A DNA stretch of 64,000 nt, taken from contig CAVPSB010000014.1 of the NCBI GenBank assembly GCA_963708025.1, positions 1 through 64,000 of the forward strand, given 5' to 3'. Below the pieces are notes generated by a model, which saw only the letters and a list, made by a program, of their open reading frames with translations, was not told where the DNA came from and did not search any database. Positions 53,063 through 63,802 of this stretch are shown piece after piece. Positions within the stretch are counted from its first letter, which is position 1. Each line of letters starts with the position of its first letter. The translations under genes and the position numbers were made by a program. The stretch comes from an uncultured Candidatus Rokubacteria bacterium (GTDB lineage Bacteria; Methylomirabilota; Methylomirabilia; Rokubacteriales; DASRDR01).

Positions 53063-54409
53063 CTAGCACGTCGCGTCGGTCTCGAGGCGGGCGATGCTGG
53101 CCGCCACGATGTCGACGAGCTGGTCCACCTCCTGGCGGGTGATGCAGAGGGGCGGGGCCAGGCGGACCACGCTTCCGCGCGCGTACACGATGGCCCCGCG
53201 CTCCCACGCCAGGCGGTCGAGCTGCTCCACGCGGGCGGGGTCGAGCGGCCGGCCGGAGCCGTCCGGCTCGACCAGCTCCACGCACACCAGGAGGCCGCGC
53301 CCCCGCACCTCGCCGACGAGGGGTCGGCCCTTCACCGCGCCCTCGAGGCCGGCGAGGAGCCGCGCGCCCATCGCCTCGGCGTTCTCGACGAGGTTGTCCT
53401 TCTCCATGATCTTGATGTTCGCCAGCGCCGCCGCGCAGGCCACCGGGTGGGCGGCGTAGGTGTTCGGGTGCACGTTCTCGTGCTTCGCGTCGCCGGGGAA
53501 GGCGTCGGCGAGCCGCCCCCGCGCGATGCTGGCCGAGAGCGGAATGTACCCCGACGTGATGCCCTTGGCCACCGACATGAGGTCGGGCACCACGCCCTCG
53601 TGCTCGCAGGCGAACCACCGCCCGGTCCGCCCGAAGCCGGTGATCACCTCGTCGGCGATCATCAGCACGTCCAGCTCGTCGCAGATCGCCCGCACGGCGC
53701 GGAGCCAGCCGAGGGGTGGGATGATGAAGCCGCCCGCGGACAGCACCGGCTCCATGATCACCGCCGACACCGTCTCCGGGCCCTCGCGCACGATCGCCTC
53801 GCGCAGCTCCCGAGCCCGGCGCTGGACCAGCTCCTCGTCGGTGCCGGCGCCCCGGTCACGGAACGGGTAGGGTGGCGCGACCTTCACGAAGCCGGGGACG
53901 GCCAGCGGGGCGTACGCCTCGGCCATCTGGGGCAAGCCACAGACCGCGAAGGTGCCGGCGGTGGCGCCGTGGTAGCCGCCCTGGAGGGAGATCACCTTGT
54001 ACTTGCCGGCCTGGCCCCGGGCGAGCCAGTAGTGCCGGGCGATCTGCATCGAGCGCTCGTTGGCCTCGGAGCCGCTCACCGCGAACATGGTGTAGTCGAG
54101 ATCGCCCGGTGTCAGGGTCGCGAGCTTCGCGGCCAGCTCGGCCGCCGGTGGGTTGGAGAACTGCCGGGTGGTCGGATAGTACGCGAGCCGCACCGTCTGC
54201 TCGGCGATGGCCTCGGCGATCTCGCGACGGCCGTGGCCGACGTTGACGACCGCGAGTCCGGCGAACCCGTCCAGGAGCTTCTTGCCCTGCTGGGTCCACA
54301 CCCACACACCCTCCGCCCGGTCGACGACCAGCTCCTCGTCGGAGAGCCACGGGTGGTCCTGCGTCCGGTGGGTCCAGAGGTGCCGGATCTCCTCGGCCGT
54401 CGTCGTCAT
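53063..54409 (-). CDS. Class III aminotransferase
   Basis: SGSEANE, GYHG, IADEVITGFGRTG, PDLMSVAKG. Confidence 0.95.
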   Translation of the reverse strand: MTTTAEEIRHLWTHRTQDHPWLSDEELVVDRAEGVWVWTQQGKKLLDGFAGLAVVNVGHGRREIAEAIAEQTVRLAYYPTTRQFSNPPAAELAAKLATLTPGDLDYTMFAVSGSEANERSMQIARHYWLARGQAGKYKVISLQGGYHGATAGTFAVCGLPQMAEAYAPLAVPGFVKVAPPYPFRDRGAGTDEELVQRRARELREAIVREGPETVSAVIMEPVLSAGGFIIPPLGWLRAVRAICDELDVLMIADEVITGFGRTGRWFACEHEGVVPDLMSVAKGITSGYIPLSASIARGRLADAFPGDAKHENVHPNTYAAHPVACAAALANIKIMEKDNLVENAEAMGARLLAGLEGAVKGRPLVGEVRGRGLLVCVELVEPDGSGRPLDPARVEQLDRLAWERGAIVYARGSVVRLAPPLCITRQEVDQLVDIVAASIARLETDATC

Positions 54410-54437
54410 CGGGTCGGTCCTCCGTAGCGCTTCAGGG

Positions 54438-54936
54438 TCACGGCTCGGAGCGCCGGCGCCCCGGCCGTCGCTCCATGAGCGGCAGCGCGATCGTCAGCGC
54501 CTCGTTCAGCGTCGTCTCCAGGCTGGCTCGTCGCTTCGTGGCCAGCTCGTAGAGGCGCTCGAGCGGCTCGTCCTCCACTCCCGCCGTCCGGTACATCGTG
54601 AACTTGACGCCGAGCGGGCGGCTCCGCCAGCCCCGCCATCGCATCCCCACTCTGCCACGGAACGGCTTGGGTTGGGGCTCCGATGTCGGGGAGACGGACG
54701 CCTCGGCGCCGTCCCCGCGCTTGCTCTCCCAGACCAGGCGCGCCGAGCTCCTCGACCGGCGTGCCGGTGAGGTCGGCGAGCCGGCGCTGCATCGCGACCG
54801 AGGGCAGGACGTTGCCCGCCCGGTAGTGGTACGGCGTGCTCGCGCTCACACCGAGCCGTCGGGCCAGCTCGCGGAGCGTCCAGCCGCGCGAGCGAAGGAC
54901 CGACTCGCACCATTCCTGGAAGGGTGTGCCAGCCAC
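54438..54936 (-). CDS. XRE/Cro-type HTH regulator (frameshift near 54740)
   Basis: RGWTLRELARRLGVSASTPYHYRAGNVLPS....RRLADLTG.PVEEL. Confidence 0.75.
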
Positions 54937-54973
54937 GCCGGGAGTGTTGCATGTTGCACAACACTTGACAAGC
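54903..54973. repeat. 71-bp element, copy 1
   Basis: 63/71 identical to 63803-63873 by manual alignment. Confidence 0.9.
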
Positions 54974-55046
54974 CGGGACTCGTCCAGCATGAGGCCTGGG
55001 ACCGCACCCGGTTCCGTGGACTGAGTTGAAAGGTCAGTCATGCTGG

Positions 55047-55622
55047 TTAGGACCTCGTCGAGCTAACGAGGAGGCTTTGCCGGCAGACGCCGGCCGCCCG
55101 CCACCGACGGGCGAAGCTGCGGGGCGAGACACGCGAGTTGGCATATGGAAGGTCGAGAGCACCTCGCCGAACTCCGAAGAGCGGCGAGAAGTGCCCGTCT
55201 CCACCGATCTCGTCGTAGAAGACTATCGGGATGCACTGAGGAGCAAGGTGGTCCAGCAAGAAAGCGAGCGGCACCGCCGGTCGAATGGGAATGCCGAGGC
55301 GACGTGCCGTGGCGTAGAGCTTCCGCTCCAGTGCATTCGGGGCCGGGTCTGGGTCGGTGTGCATGATGACGGTGAGTCCCAGCTCCGACAGCCCAATCGC
55401 CATCCCGATCGTGAACGTGCCGTGCTGCGACGACCAGCGGCAGCGGCGGACAATCTCATCGACGCTGACGCGCCGCCGGAAATGCTTGAGCACACTCCAC
55501 GCGACGAGCGGACCGCAGTTCCCATCCAGGGTCCAGAGCATCCGAGGTCCTGCCTGCGGCCGCGGGTAGCCTGCTGCCCACGCGACACTCCTGCGAGGTA
55601 CCAAGCGGGAAGTGGTTGACAT
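55047..55622 (-). CDS. Papain-like (C39-like) cysteine peptidase
   Basis: GNCGPLVAWSVL...PIVFY....GHFSPL. Confidence 0.6.
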   Translation of the reverse strand: MSTTSRLVPRRSVAWAAGYPRPQAGPRMLWTLDGNCGPLVAWSVLKHFRRRVSVDEIVRRCRWSSQHGTFTIGMAIGLSELGLTVIMHTDPDPAPNALERKLYATARRLGIPIRPAVPLAFLLDHLAPQCIPIVFYDEIGGDGHFSPLFGVRRGALDLPYANSRVSPRSFARRWRAAGVCRQSLLVSSTRS

Positions 55623-55774
55623 GCCAGCGTCACCTCCCGACCTCTTGATCTGGCAAAGCCGGGCCGGATGAAGGTCGGAGTCGGAGTGGCTGGGCGTACT
55701 TGTAGCGTGGCACCTTGCCGTGGTCAAGAGCCCCGGCCCGGGTCGGGCCGATGGGCGTCTGCTATGATCCCGGC

Positions 55775-57811
55775 ATGTTCGTTGTCGGGATCGACGTGGG
55801 GGGGACGTTCACGGACCTCACCGCGGTGGACGCCGCCACCGGCCGGGTCGCCGTCACCAAGATCCCGTCGCGGCCGCGTGACGAGGCCGCCGCGGTGCTG
55901 GGTGGGCTGGACGCCCTCGGGATCGCCGGCCGCGAGGTGCGGCGGCTCGTCCACGGCACCACCGTCGGAACCAACGCCGTCCTCGAGCGCCGGGGCGCCC
56001 GGGTCGCGCTGCTGACGACGGCCGGGTTCCGGGACCTGATCGAGATCGGGCGGACCAAGCGCAACATCCCCGCGCTGTTCGTGCCGACCTTCGTGCGACC
56101 GAAGCCCGTGGTCGAGCGGCGCCACCGCTTCGAGGTCACCGAGCGGCTCGACGCCGACGGCACCGTGCTGGTGCCGCTCGACCGGGGCAGCGTCGAGCGG
56201 GCTCTCGCCGCCGCCTTCGACGCCGGCGCGGAGGCCCTCGCCGTGTGCCTGCTGCACTCCTACCTGGACCCCGCGCACGAGCACGCCGTCGCCGATCTCG
56301 TCAAGGGCCGGCAGCCCGGGGTGCCGGTGTCGTGCTCGGCCGACGTGGTCGCCGAGTACCGGGAGTTCGAGCGCTTCTCGACCACCGTGCTCAACGCCTA
56401 CCTCCAGCCGCTCATGGACCGGTACCTGGCCGGGCTCGAGGAGCGGCTCACCGCCGCCGGCTACGCGCACGGCGTCCTGACCCTGGGCTCGAGTGGCGGG
56501 ATGATGACCACGGACACGGCCCGGCGGCTGCCGATCAAGACCCTCTTCTCGGGCCCGGCCGGCGGCGTGAGCCAGGCGTGCCACGTGGGCGAGGCCACCG
56601 GGGTCCGCGACTTCATCACCTACGACATGGGCGGCACCTCCACCGACGTCTGCCTCGTCCGCGACCTCGCCCCGGTGATGACGTCCGACAGCATGGTGGG
56701 GGCTTTCCCGGTGAAGGTGCCGCAGCTCGACATGCACAGTGTCGGGGCTGGCGGCGGCTCGGTGGCCTGGCTCGACGTGGACGGGAGCCTCCAGGTGGGA
56801 CCGCGGAGCGCCGGCGCCACGCCGGGCCCGGCGGCGTACGGCCTCGGCGGCACCGAGCCCACGGTGACCGACGCCAACGTCGTGCTGGGCCGGATCGGCG
56901 CGAACCGGCGGCTGGGCGGCAGCATCGCGCTCGACCCGGCGCGGGCGCGGGAGGTGGTCGGGGCGCTGGCCGCCACGCTCTCGGGCGGGATGGCGATCGA
57001 GACGCTGGCCGAGGGCATCCTCCGGATCGCGGTGGCCCGCATGACGTCGGCCATCCGCGAGATCTCCATCCAGCGCGGCCACGACCCGCGGGACTTCACC
57101 CTGATCGCCTTCGGTGGCGCCGGCCCGATGCACGCGCTGGCGCTGGCCGGCGAGATCGGCATCCCCCGCGTGCTGGTGCCGCGGCACCCGGGCAACTTCT
57201 CGGCCCTGGGGCTGCTCGCCTCCGACATCAAGCACGACGACGTGCGGACGCGGGTCGGCCCGCTGCGGGAGCGCGTGGCTCTCCTCGCCGACGTCTTCGC
57301 CGGGATGGAGCGGGCGGCCCGGCACCGGCTCGAGGGCGAGGGCTTCGGCGCCGACCAGCAGCGCCTGCTCCGATCGCTCGACCTCCGGTACCGCGGCCAG
57401 GCGTTCGAGCTGAGCGTCCCGGCGCCGGCCGGGGCGCCCCTCGCCACCATCGAGGAGGAGTTTCACCGTCGCCACCTCGGCGCCTACGGCCACGCGAATC
57501 ACGAGGCCGCCATCGAGCTGGTCAACGCGCGGCTGACCGCCTACGGCGTCGTGGCGAAGCCGACCGCCGCGCCGTATCGGAGCGGGACGCGCGCCCTGGC
57601 CGGGGCGCTGGTCGAGCGGCGGCCGGTGTGGTTCGACGGCGTCGCCCACGACTGTGACGTGTGGGAGCGCGAGCGACTGCCCGAGCAGGCCCGGCTCGAG
57701 GGGCCGGCGATCGTCGAGGAGTTCGGCGCGACCACGGTGGTGCCGCCCGGGTGGCGGGGCGCTCTCGACGAGCACGGCAATCTCTGCTTCGATCTGGAGG
57801 ATCCGGCGTGA
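55775..57811 (+). CDS. Hydantoinase/oxoprolinase subunit A
   Basis: GIDVGGTFTD, HGTTVGTN, SGPAGG, DMGGTSTD, FGGAGPMH. Confidence 0.95.
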   Translation: MFVVGIDVGGTFTDLTAVDAATGRVAVTKIPSRPRDEAAAVLGGLDALGIAGREVRRLVHGTTVGTNAVLERRGARVALLTTAGFRDLIEIGRTKRNIPALFVPTFVRPKPVVERRHRFEVTERLDADGTVLVPLDRGSVERALAAAFDAGAEALAVCLLHSYLDPAHEHAVADLVKGRQPGVPVSCSADVVAEYREFERFSTTVLNAYLQPLMDRYLAGLEERLTAAGYAHGVLTLGSSGGMMTTDTARRLPIKTLFSGPAGGVSQACHVGEATGVRDFITYDMGGTSTDVCLVRDLAPVMTSDSMVGAFPVKVPQLDMHSVGAGGGSVAWLDVDGSLQVGPRSAGATPGPAAYGLGGTEPTVTDANVVLGRIGANRRLGGSIALDPARAREVVGALAATLSGGMAIETLAEGILRIAVARMTSAIREISIQRGHDPRDFTLIAFGGAGPMHALALAGEIGIPRVLVPRHPGNFSALGLLASDIKHDDVRTRVGPLRERVALLADVFAGMERAARHRLEGEGFGADQQRLLRSLDLRYRGQAFELSVPAPAGAPLATIEEEFHRRHLGAYGHANHEAAIELVNARLTAYGVVAKPTAAPYRSGTRALAGALVERRPVWFDGVAHDCDVWERERLPEQARLEGPAIVEEFGATTVVPPGWRGALDEHGNLCFDLEDPA

Positions 57812-59859
57812 TCGATCCCATCACGCTGGAGGTGCTGCGCGAGGCGTTCGTGTCGATCGTGCGGGAGATGCGCGTCACCCTGGTGCGCACCGCCTACTCC
57901 TCGATCCTCTACGAGGGCGAGGACTTCTCGTGCGTCTTGATGGACGGGCACGCGCAGATCGTGGCCATGTCCAGGGGGCAGGACCACCCGCTGCACATCG
58001 TGCCCATCGCCTGGTCCATGCGAGCGGTGCGCGAGCGGTTCGGCGACGACATCCACCCCGGGGACATCTTCCTGCACAACGACCCGTACACCGGCGGCAC
58101 CCACCTCAACGACGTGGCGATGATCTACCCGCTCTTCGCGCCCGGGGGCCCGGGCGGCAGCGACGAGCTCTTCGTGTTCCCGGTCGTCCGCGCCCACTGG
58201 GGTGACGTCGGCGGGATGAGCCCCGGGAGCCTCTCCGGGGGGGCCACCGAGATCTTCCAGGAGGGCGTCCGCATCCCGCCCATCCGGATCGTCGACCGCG
58301 GCCGGCCGAACCAGGCCGCGCTCGACCTGCTCTTCGCCAACATGCGGGGCCCGCGCGAGCGCCAGGGCGACTTCCAGGCGATGATCGGCACCTGCCGGAA
58401 GGCGGCCGAGCGCGTCGAGGGGCTGGCCGCCCGCTACGGCTCCGCCACCGTCCGCGCCGCCGTCACCCTGCTGATGGACCGCGCGGAGGCGCGCATGCGG
58501 TCGCAGATCCGGGAGCTGCCGGACGGCGAGTACGTGTACGAGGCCCACCTCGAGAGTGGTCGCGAGCGGCTCGAGCCCTTGACCGTGCGCGCCCGGGTGA
58601 CCGTGGTGAGCGACACCATCACCGTGGACCTGACCGGCACCTCGCCCCAGACCGCCGGCCCGACCAACGTCGGCCCGGCGATGGCCCCCACCGGCGCCTT
58701 CACCGTCATCAAGGCGTTCCTCGACCCCGGTTCCGACGTCAACTCCGGCGCGTTCCGCCCGCTGACCGTCATCACGCCGCTCGGCACCATCGTCAACGCC
58801 AACCCGCCGGCGCCCTGCGGCGGCATGGTCGAGGTGAAGTACTGCGTGGAGTCGGCGGTGATGGGCGCCCTCGCTCAGGCCCTGGACGGCCGGGTGACCG
58901 GCGATCTCAAGGGCGGCGGCAACCATTGCTACGTGGGCGGTCCCCATCCCGCGACCGGCGAGACGTTCATCTTCTACGAGTACCCGGCCGGCGGCACCGG
59001 CGGCTTCGAGGGCGGCGACGGCAGCAACGCCGTCCGAGCGTGGACCGAGAGCGACATGACCACGCTCCAGCCGGTCGAGGCGGTCGAGCAGCGCTACCCG
59101 GTGCGGGTCGAGCGCACCGCGCTCCGGGAGGACTCCGGGGGTCCCGGGCAGTGGCGGGGCGGCCTTGGCCTCGCGCGCGAGGTGCGCGTCCGGGCGGCGG
59201 GCACCCGGCTCTCGGTCCTGGCGGAGAAGGCGGTGCTGCCGCCGTTCGGCGTGCGGGGCGGCGGGCCCGGCGCCCCCAACCGCTTCCGGGTGCGCCGCGG
59301 CGCCCAGCCGATCGAGCCCTCCTCGCTGCCCGGCAAGGTCAGCGGCTTCCCCCTCGAGCCCGGCGACGTCGTCGTCATGGAGAGCTCGGGCGGCGGCGGC
59401 TTCGGGGATGCCCTCGACCGGGACCCCGCGCTCATCGCCGCCGATCTCGCCGAGGGCTACGTGACGCCGGCCGCCGCCGAGGCGGCGTACGGCGCCGTCG
59501 TCACCGGCGGCGCCATCGACGCCAGGGCCACCGCGGCGCGCCGGGCCGCGCTCCGGGCGGCACGGCTGCGGATCCGGCTCAGCGCCGGCCCCGGGCTCGA
59601 GACGGAGCGCGGGCGGGCCATCCGGCTCGACGCCGGGACCGCCGCGCGCCTCGGCGTCGGCGAGGGCGCGGTCGTCGAGCTGGTCAACCTCAGGGGCGCC
59701 CCGCTCCGGGCCTGGGTCACCGTCATCACGCCGGGAAACGGCGGCCGCGCCGAGGTCGCGCCCATCGCCCTCCGCATGCTGGGCATGACCGACGGCGCCG
59801 ACCTCGAGATCCGCGCGGTCCACGGCGGCCTGCTCGGCAGCGGCCCCGGTCCGTCCTGA
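57808..59859 (+). CDS. Hydantoinase B/oxoprolinase with C-terminal extension
   Basis: NDPYTGGTHLND, RAHWGDVGG, EIFQEG, DSGGPGQWRGG, GGGGFGD. Confidence 0.95.
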   Translation: MIDPITLEVLREAFVSIVREMRVTLVRTAYSSILYEGEDFSCVLMDGHAQIVAMSRGQDHPLHIVPIAWSMRAVRERFGDDIHPGDIFLHNDPYTGGTHLNDVAMIYPLFAPGGPGGSDELFVFPVVRAHWGDVGGMSPGSLSGGATEIFQEGVRIPPIRIVDRGRPNQAALDLLFANMRGPRERQGDFQAMIGTCRKAAERVEGLAARYGSATVRAAVTLLMDRAEARMRSQIRELPDGEYVYEAHLESGRERLEPLTVRARVTVVSDTITVDLTGTSPQTAGPTNVGPAMAPTGAFTVIKAFLDPGSDVNSGAFRPLTVITPLGTIVNANPPAPCGGMVEVKYCVESAVMGALAQALDGRVTGDLKGGGNHCYVGGPHPATGETFIFYEYPAGGTGGFEGGDGSNAVRAWTESDMTTLQPVEAVEQRYPVRVERTALREDSGGPGQWRGGLGLAREVRVRAAGTRLSVLAEKAVLPPFGVRGGGPGAPNRFRVRRGAQPIEPSSLPGKVSGFPLEPGDVVVMESSGGGGFGDALDRDPALIAADLAEGYVTPAAAEAAYGAVVTGGAIDARATAARRAALRAARLRIRLSAGPGLETERGRAIRLDAGTAARLGVGEGAVVELVNLRGAPLRAWVTVITPGNGGRAEVAPIALRMLGMTDGADLEIRAVHGGLLGSGPGPS

Positions 59860-60043
59860 GCTGCGCCTCGGCGTCCCCGGGTCATGCCGAGGCCCGTATC
59901 CGGGTTTTTCCCGTCACGATTCTCACCTCTGAGGCAGTGAACCCGCTCCACTCCCACGTTTGAGAACGATGGCGGCTCGAGCGCCGCGGCCATCCCGGCC
60001 TGACCCCTGCGTGGCGTAAGACCTTTCGGGGCAACCCGAGAAC

Positions 60044-60060
60044 TTGGCACCAGGTTCGCT
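60044..60060 (+). promoter_or_regulatory. Putative sigma-54 promoter of the copper operon
   Basis: TTGGCACCAGGTTCGCT, GG-N10-GC. Confidence 0.45.
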
Positions 60061-60238
60061 CAGCTTTCACGGGGTGTGCTTGCCTCCGCGTCGTGATCGG
60101 CGAGGCGATTTTGCCCCACCGCCGTGGAGGACGAGTGGATCGGCTGAGCCGCCGAGGTACGAGACCCCCAGGTCGGCCGCCACGGCCCACCCGGTCTTGG
60201 GGCTGTCCGGCCCGGGGTCGGCGGAGAAGGAGAGAACG

Positions 60239-61960
60239 ATGCGAAGGGGACCACGGCGTTTCTCGATGGAACGGCGAGCCTTCCTGAAGCTGGGCGGCGC
60301 GGCCGGAGCGACCCTTGCCCTGGGAGGTGGGGCCCTGTCGCTGCTCCGGGTCGGACGAGCCGAGGGACAGAGCGTCGGCGGAGCCCTGGCCAAGTTCGTC
60401 GACCCGCTCTCCATTCCCAGCGTGATCAGTCCCAGCGGGTTCCCGCACGGGGTCCCGCTCTTCACGGTCACGATGCGACAGTTCACGCAGCGGCTCCATC
60501 GCGACCTGGACCCGACGACTCTGTGGGGCTACAACGGCGTCTACCCCGGCCCCACGTTCGAGGCGCGCCGGGGCCGGCCGATCGCCGTCCAGTGGCGAAA
60601 CGGCTTGCCCGCCACGCACATGCTCCCGCTGGATCCCACGCTGCACGGCGACGAGCCGCCGACGCCGGAGGTGCGCACGGTCGTCCACCTCCACGGCCAC
60701 AAGGTGCTGCCCGACAGCGATGGCTATCCGGAGGCGTGGTTCACGAACGGCTTCGCCCAGACCGGGCCCTTCTTCGAGACCCGGACCTATCACTATCCGA
60801 ACGACCAGCAGGCGACCACGCTGTGGTACCACGACCACGCGCTCGGGATCACGCGCCTGAACCTCTACACGGGGCTCGAGGGCTTCTACCTCCTCCGGGA
60901 CGACGTCGAGGACGATCTCGACCTCCCGAGCGGGCCGTACGAGATCCCGCTGATGATCCAGGACCGGTCGTTCAACGAGGACGGATCGCTCTTCTACCCG
61001 GTACAGGCGCCGGGTGATCCGGACATCCCACCGGTCTGGGTTCCCGAGTTCTTCGGGGACACCGTGCTCGTCAACGGTACCGTGTGGCCATTCCTCGAGG
61101 TCGAGCCGCGGCGCTACCGGTTCCGCATCCTGAACGCCTCGAATGCCCGGTTCTACCACCTCACCCTCAACCAGAGCACGCATGCCGGCGTCAGCCTCGG
61201 CCGGCCCGGGCCGGCGTTCGTGCAGATCGGGACCGATGGGGGCTTCTTGCCGGCGCCGGTGCGGCTGGCCGACCTGACCATCGCCCCCGCCGAGCGCTTC
61301 GACGTGATCATCGACTTCTCGGACGCCGAGGGCCGGTTCTTCGTGCTGAACAACGACGCGAAGGCCCCCTTCCCGGATGGCGACGACGTCGTGCCGCCCG
61401 ACGTGATGCTGTTCAAGGTCACCCGGCGCCTCCGCGGGCGCGACGGCAGCGCGGTGCCCAGGCGCCTCGCCCCCGTTCCTCTGCTGAGCCCCCGGGACGC
61501 CGTCAGGACCCGGGACCTGGTCCTCATCGAGCTGGCGTCGGTCCAGGACAATCCCATCATGGGGCTGATCAACGCGCCGTGGGCCGACCCGGTGACCGAA
61601 GACCCCCGGGAGGGGTCCATCGAGATCTGGCGGCTCATCAACACGACGGGGGACGCCCATCCGATCCACGTCCACCTCGTGGAGTTCCAGATCCTGGACC
61701 GACAGCCGTTCGACGTGGAGCAGTATCCCGGCCGCCTGATGTTCACCGGACCCCGCGTGACCCCACCGGCCAACGAGCGGCCGGCCTTCAAGGACACGGT
61801 GCAGGCGTTCCCGGGCGAGGTCACCCGGATCATCGCCCGGTTCGACCTGCCGACCGGGACGCCGGTCAGGCGGGGCGAGAAGTTCCGTTACGTGCTCCAC
61901 TGTCACATCCTCGAGCACGAGGACAACGACATGATGCGGCCGTACGACGTCGTGGGCTAG
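60239..61960 (+). CDS. Tat-exported multicopper oxidase (CotA/bilirubin oxidase-like)
   Basis: ERRAFLK; VHLHG, WYHDH, HPIHVH, HCHILEHEDNDMM. Confidence 0.95.
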   Translation: MRRGPRRFSMERRAFLKLGGAAGATLALGGGALSLLRVGRAEGQSVGGALAKFVDPLSIPSVISPSGFPHGVPLFTVTMRQFTQRLHRDLDPTTLWGYNGVYPGPTFEARRGRPIAVQWRNGLPATHMLPLDPTLHGDEPPTPEVRTVVHLHGHKVLPDSDGYPEAWFTNGFAQTGPFFETRTYHYPNDQQATTLWYHDHALGITRLNLYTGLEGFYLLRDDVEDDLDLPSGPYEIPLMIQDRSFNEDGSLFYPVQAPGDPDIPPVWVPEFFGDTVLVNGTVWPFLEVEPRRYRFRILNASNARFYHLTLNQSTHAGVSLGRPGPAFVQIGTDGGFLPAPVRLADLTIAPAERFDVIIDFSDAEGRFFVLNNDAKAPFPDGDDVVPPDVMLFKVTRRLRGRDGSAVPRRLAPVPLLSPRDAVRTRDLVLIELASVQDNPIMGLINAPWADPVTEDPREGSIEIWRLINTTGDAHPIHVHLVEFQILDRQPFDVEQYPGRLMFTGPRVTPPANERPAFKDTVQAFPGEVTRIIARFDLPTGTPVRRGEKFRYVLHCHILEHEDNDMMRPYDVVG

Positions 61961-61965
61961 GCGGG

Positions 61966-62361
61966 ATGGGTGCGCCCTCACCGAACGCCTGGCCCCGCCG
62001 GGTGGTCGGGGCGTGGGGCGCGCTGGCTGCGCTCGCGCTTCTGCTTTCTCAGGACGGCGCGTGGGGGCACGCCTTCCTGAAGCGGTCCGATCCCCGGGCG
62101 GGCGCCACGGTCAGCGGGCCGCCCGCCCAGGTTCGCGTCTGGTTCGATGGCCCGATCGAGCCGGTGTTCAGCACGATCCGCGTCGAGAATCGCGACCGGC
62201 AGCGGGTGGACCGCGGGGACGGTCACGTGAGCCAGGGCGACCCGAGCCTCCTCGAGGTGGGGCTGCCGCCGGTACCGCCGGGACGGTATCGCGTCGTCTG
62301 GAGCGTGGTCGCGCGGGACGGCCACCGGAAGGACGGCGACTTCGCCTTCCGCGTCCAGTGA
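61966..62361 (+). CDS. copC: CopC copper-binding protein
   Basis: Signal peptide, then HAFLKRSDP; YRVVWSVVARDGH. Confidence 0.92.
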   Translation: MGAPSPNAWPRRVVGAWGALAALALLLSQDGAWGHAFLKRSDPRAGATVSGPPAQVRVWFDGPIEPVFSTIRVENRDRQRVDRGDGHVSQGDPSLLEVGLPPVPPGRYRVVWSVVARDGHRKDGDFAFRVQ

Positions 62362-62382
62362 CCGGCGCGACCGGTGCCCTTG

Positions 62383-63801
62383 ATGATCTCGCAGCCCCTG
62401 GCCGCCACGCTGATCCACGGGCTGGGGCTGGCGGGCCTGGCGGCCGCCATCGGTGGGCTGGTTCTCGACGGGTTCATCCTGCCGGCGGGCGCCCCCGAGC
62501 TGGTGGCGGCCCGCGTTCGCCTCCGCCGGTGGATCACGGCCGCCCTCGTCGGCCTGGTTCTGACGACCGCGGCCGACCTGCTCGTTCGAACGCAGGTCAT
62601 GGCGCAGGCTCCGCTCGCGGTCGCGGTCGGGGCGGTGCCCGACGTGCTGACGCGGACGCACTTCGGCTCGATCTGGATCGCGCGCAGCGCGGCGCTGGTC
62701 CTGGCGGTGGCCCTCTCGCTCGCGCGCCCCACCGGGCTCCGGATCGGGTGCCTGCTCGTCGCCCTGGGCGTGGCGCTGACGACCACCCTCGCCGGTCACG
62801 CGGCCGAGTGGGGTGATCTGACCCTCAGCGTCGCGGTCGACTGGACGCACGCGGTGACGGCGTCCGCGTGGACCGGCGGACTGATCGGTCTTCCGCTCTT
62901 CGTTCTGCGCCGGGAGCCTCCGTGGCCGCCGATGGTGCTGGCCACCCTCGCGCGGCGCTTCTCCCGGCTGGCGGGTGCGTGCCTGCTCGCGGTGGTCCTG
63001 ACCGGCGCATACAGCGCGTGGACGCAGCTCGGGCCGGTGTCCACGCTGTGGACGAGCCCATACGGTCGCGTGCTCATCCTCAAGCTGCTCGTCGTGACCG
63101 CGCTTGCCGCGCTGGGGGCCGCCACCCGTTATCTCATCGTTCCGCAGCTCGGAGCCGGGCGCCCCTCTCGCGGAGCCGGCGCCCGGCTGTCTCGCCTGGC
63201 CCGGCTCGCGCTCCTCGGCCGCCCGAGCGTGGCGAGGCCGGCGGCGCCCGCGCGATTCGCCGCCTACCTCGCCGGCGAAGCCGTCCTCGCGGTCGCGGTG
63301 TTCGCGTGCACCGCCGTCCTGTGCGAAGGGACGCCCGGGCGCCATGCCCAGCAGCTGGACCGGAAGGCGGCGAGCCACGTGTCGGTCAAGGAGTTTCTCC
63401 AGAGCCGCGGCGCCGGAAGGGGGGCGAGCCTCACCCCGCCGGCCGGCGACGCCGCCCGGGGCCGCGCGGTCTTCGTGAAGCTCCGGTGCTTTGCGTGTCA
63501 TGTCGTGCAGGGTGAACCGTTTCCGCCGCCCGAGCGGCCGGGGCCGGAGCTGACCGACATCGGCCGCCAGCATCCGGCCTATCTCGTGGAGTCGATCATG
63601 AATCCGGACGCGAAGATCGTCGATGGACCGGGCTATGCCGGTCCGGACGGATCGTCGATCATGCCGGACTACCGGGAGAAGCTGACCGTCGGCGAGCTGA
63701 TCGACCTGGTGGCATACCTGAAGGGCCTCCAGGGGACGGCGCTGCCGTCGGCCGGCGCCGAGATCCGCCCCCAGCGAGCGCGCCCTGGAGCCGCCCGGTG
63801 A
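62383..63801 (+). CDS. copD: CopD membrane protein fused to a c-type cytochrome
   Basis: THFGSIW, LAGHAA, H....SAWTGGL, RRFSRLA, YGRVLILKL; CFACH and IMPDY. Confidence 0.9.
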   Translation: MISQPLAATLIHGLGLAGLAAAIGGLVLDGFILPAGAPELVAARVRLRRWITAALVGLVLTTAADLLVRTQVMAQAPLAVAVGAVPDVLTRTHFGSIWIARSAALVLAVALSLARPTGLRIGCLLVALGVALTTTLAGHAAEWGDLTLSVAVDWTHAVTASAWTGGLIGLPLFVLRREPPWPPMVLATLARRFSRLAGACLLAVVLTGAYSAWTQLGPVSTLWTSPYGRVLILKLLVVTALAALGAATRYLIVPQLGAGRPSRGAGARLSRLARLALLGRPSVARPAAPARFAAYLAGEAVLAVAVFACTAVLCEGTPGRHAQQLDRKAASHVSVKEFLQSRGAGRGASLTPPAGDAARGRAVFVKLRCFACHVVQGEPFPPPERPGPELTDIGRQHPAYLVESIMNPDAKIVDGPGYAGPDGSSIMPDYREKLTVGELIDLVAYLKGLQGTALPSAGAEIRPQRARPGAAR

Positions 63802-63802
63802 C

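Noticed and set aside
60020-60045. Riboswitch upstream of the multicopper oxidase
   Set aside because: Only a single GCAA-tetraloop hairpin; no recognisable aptamer
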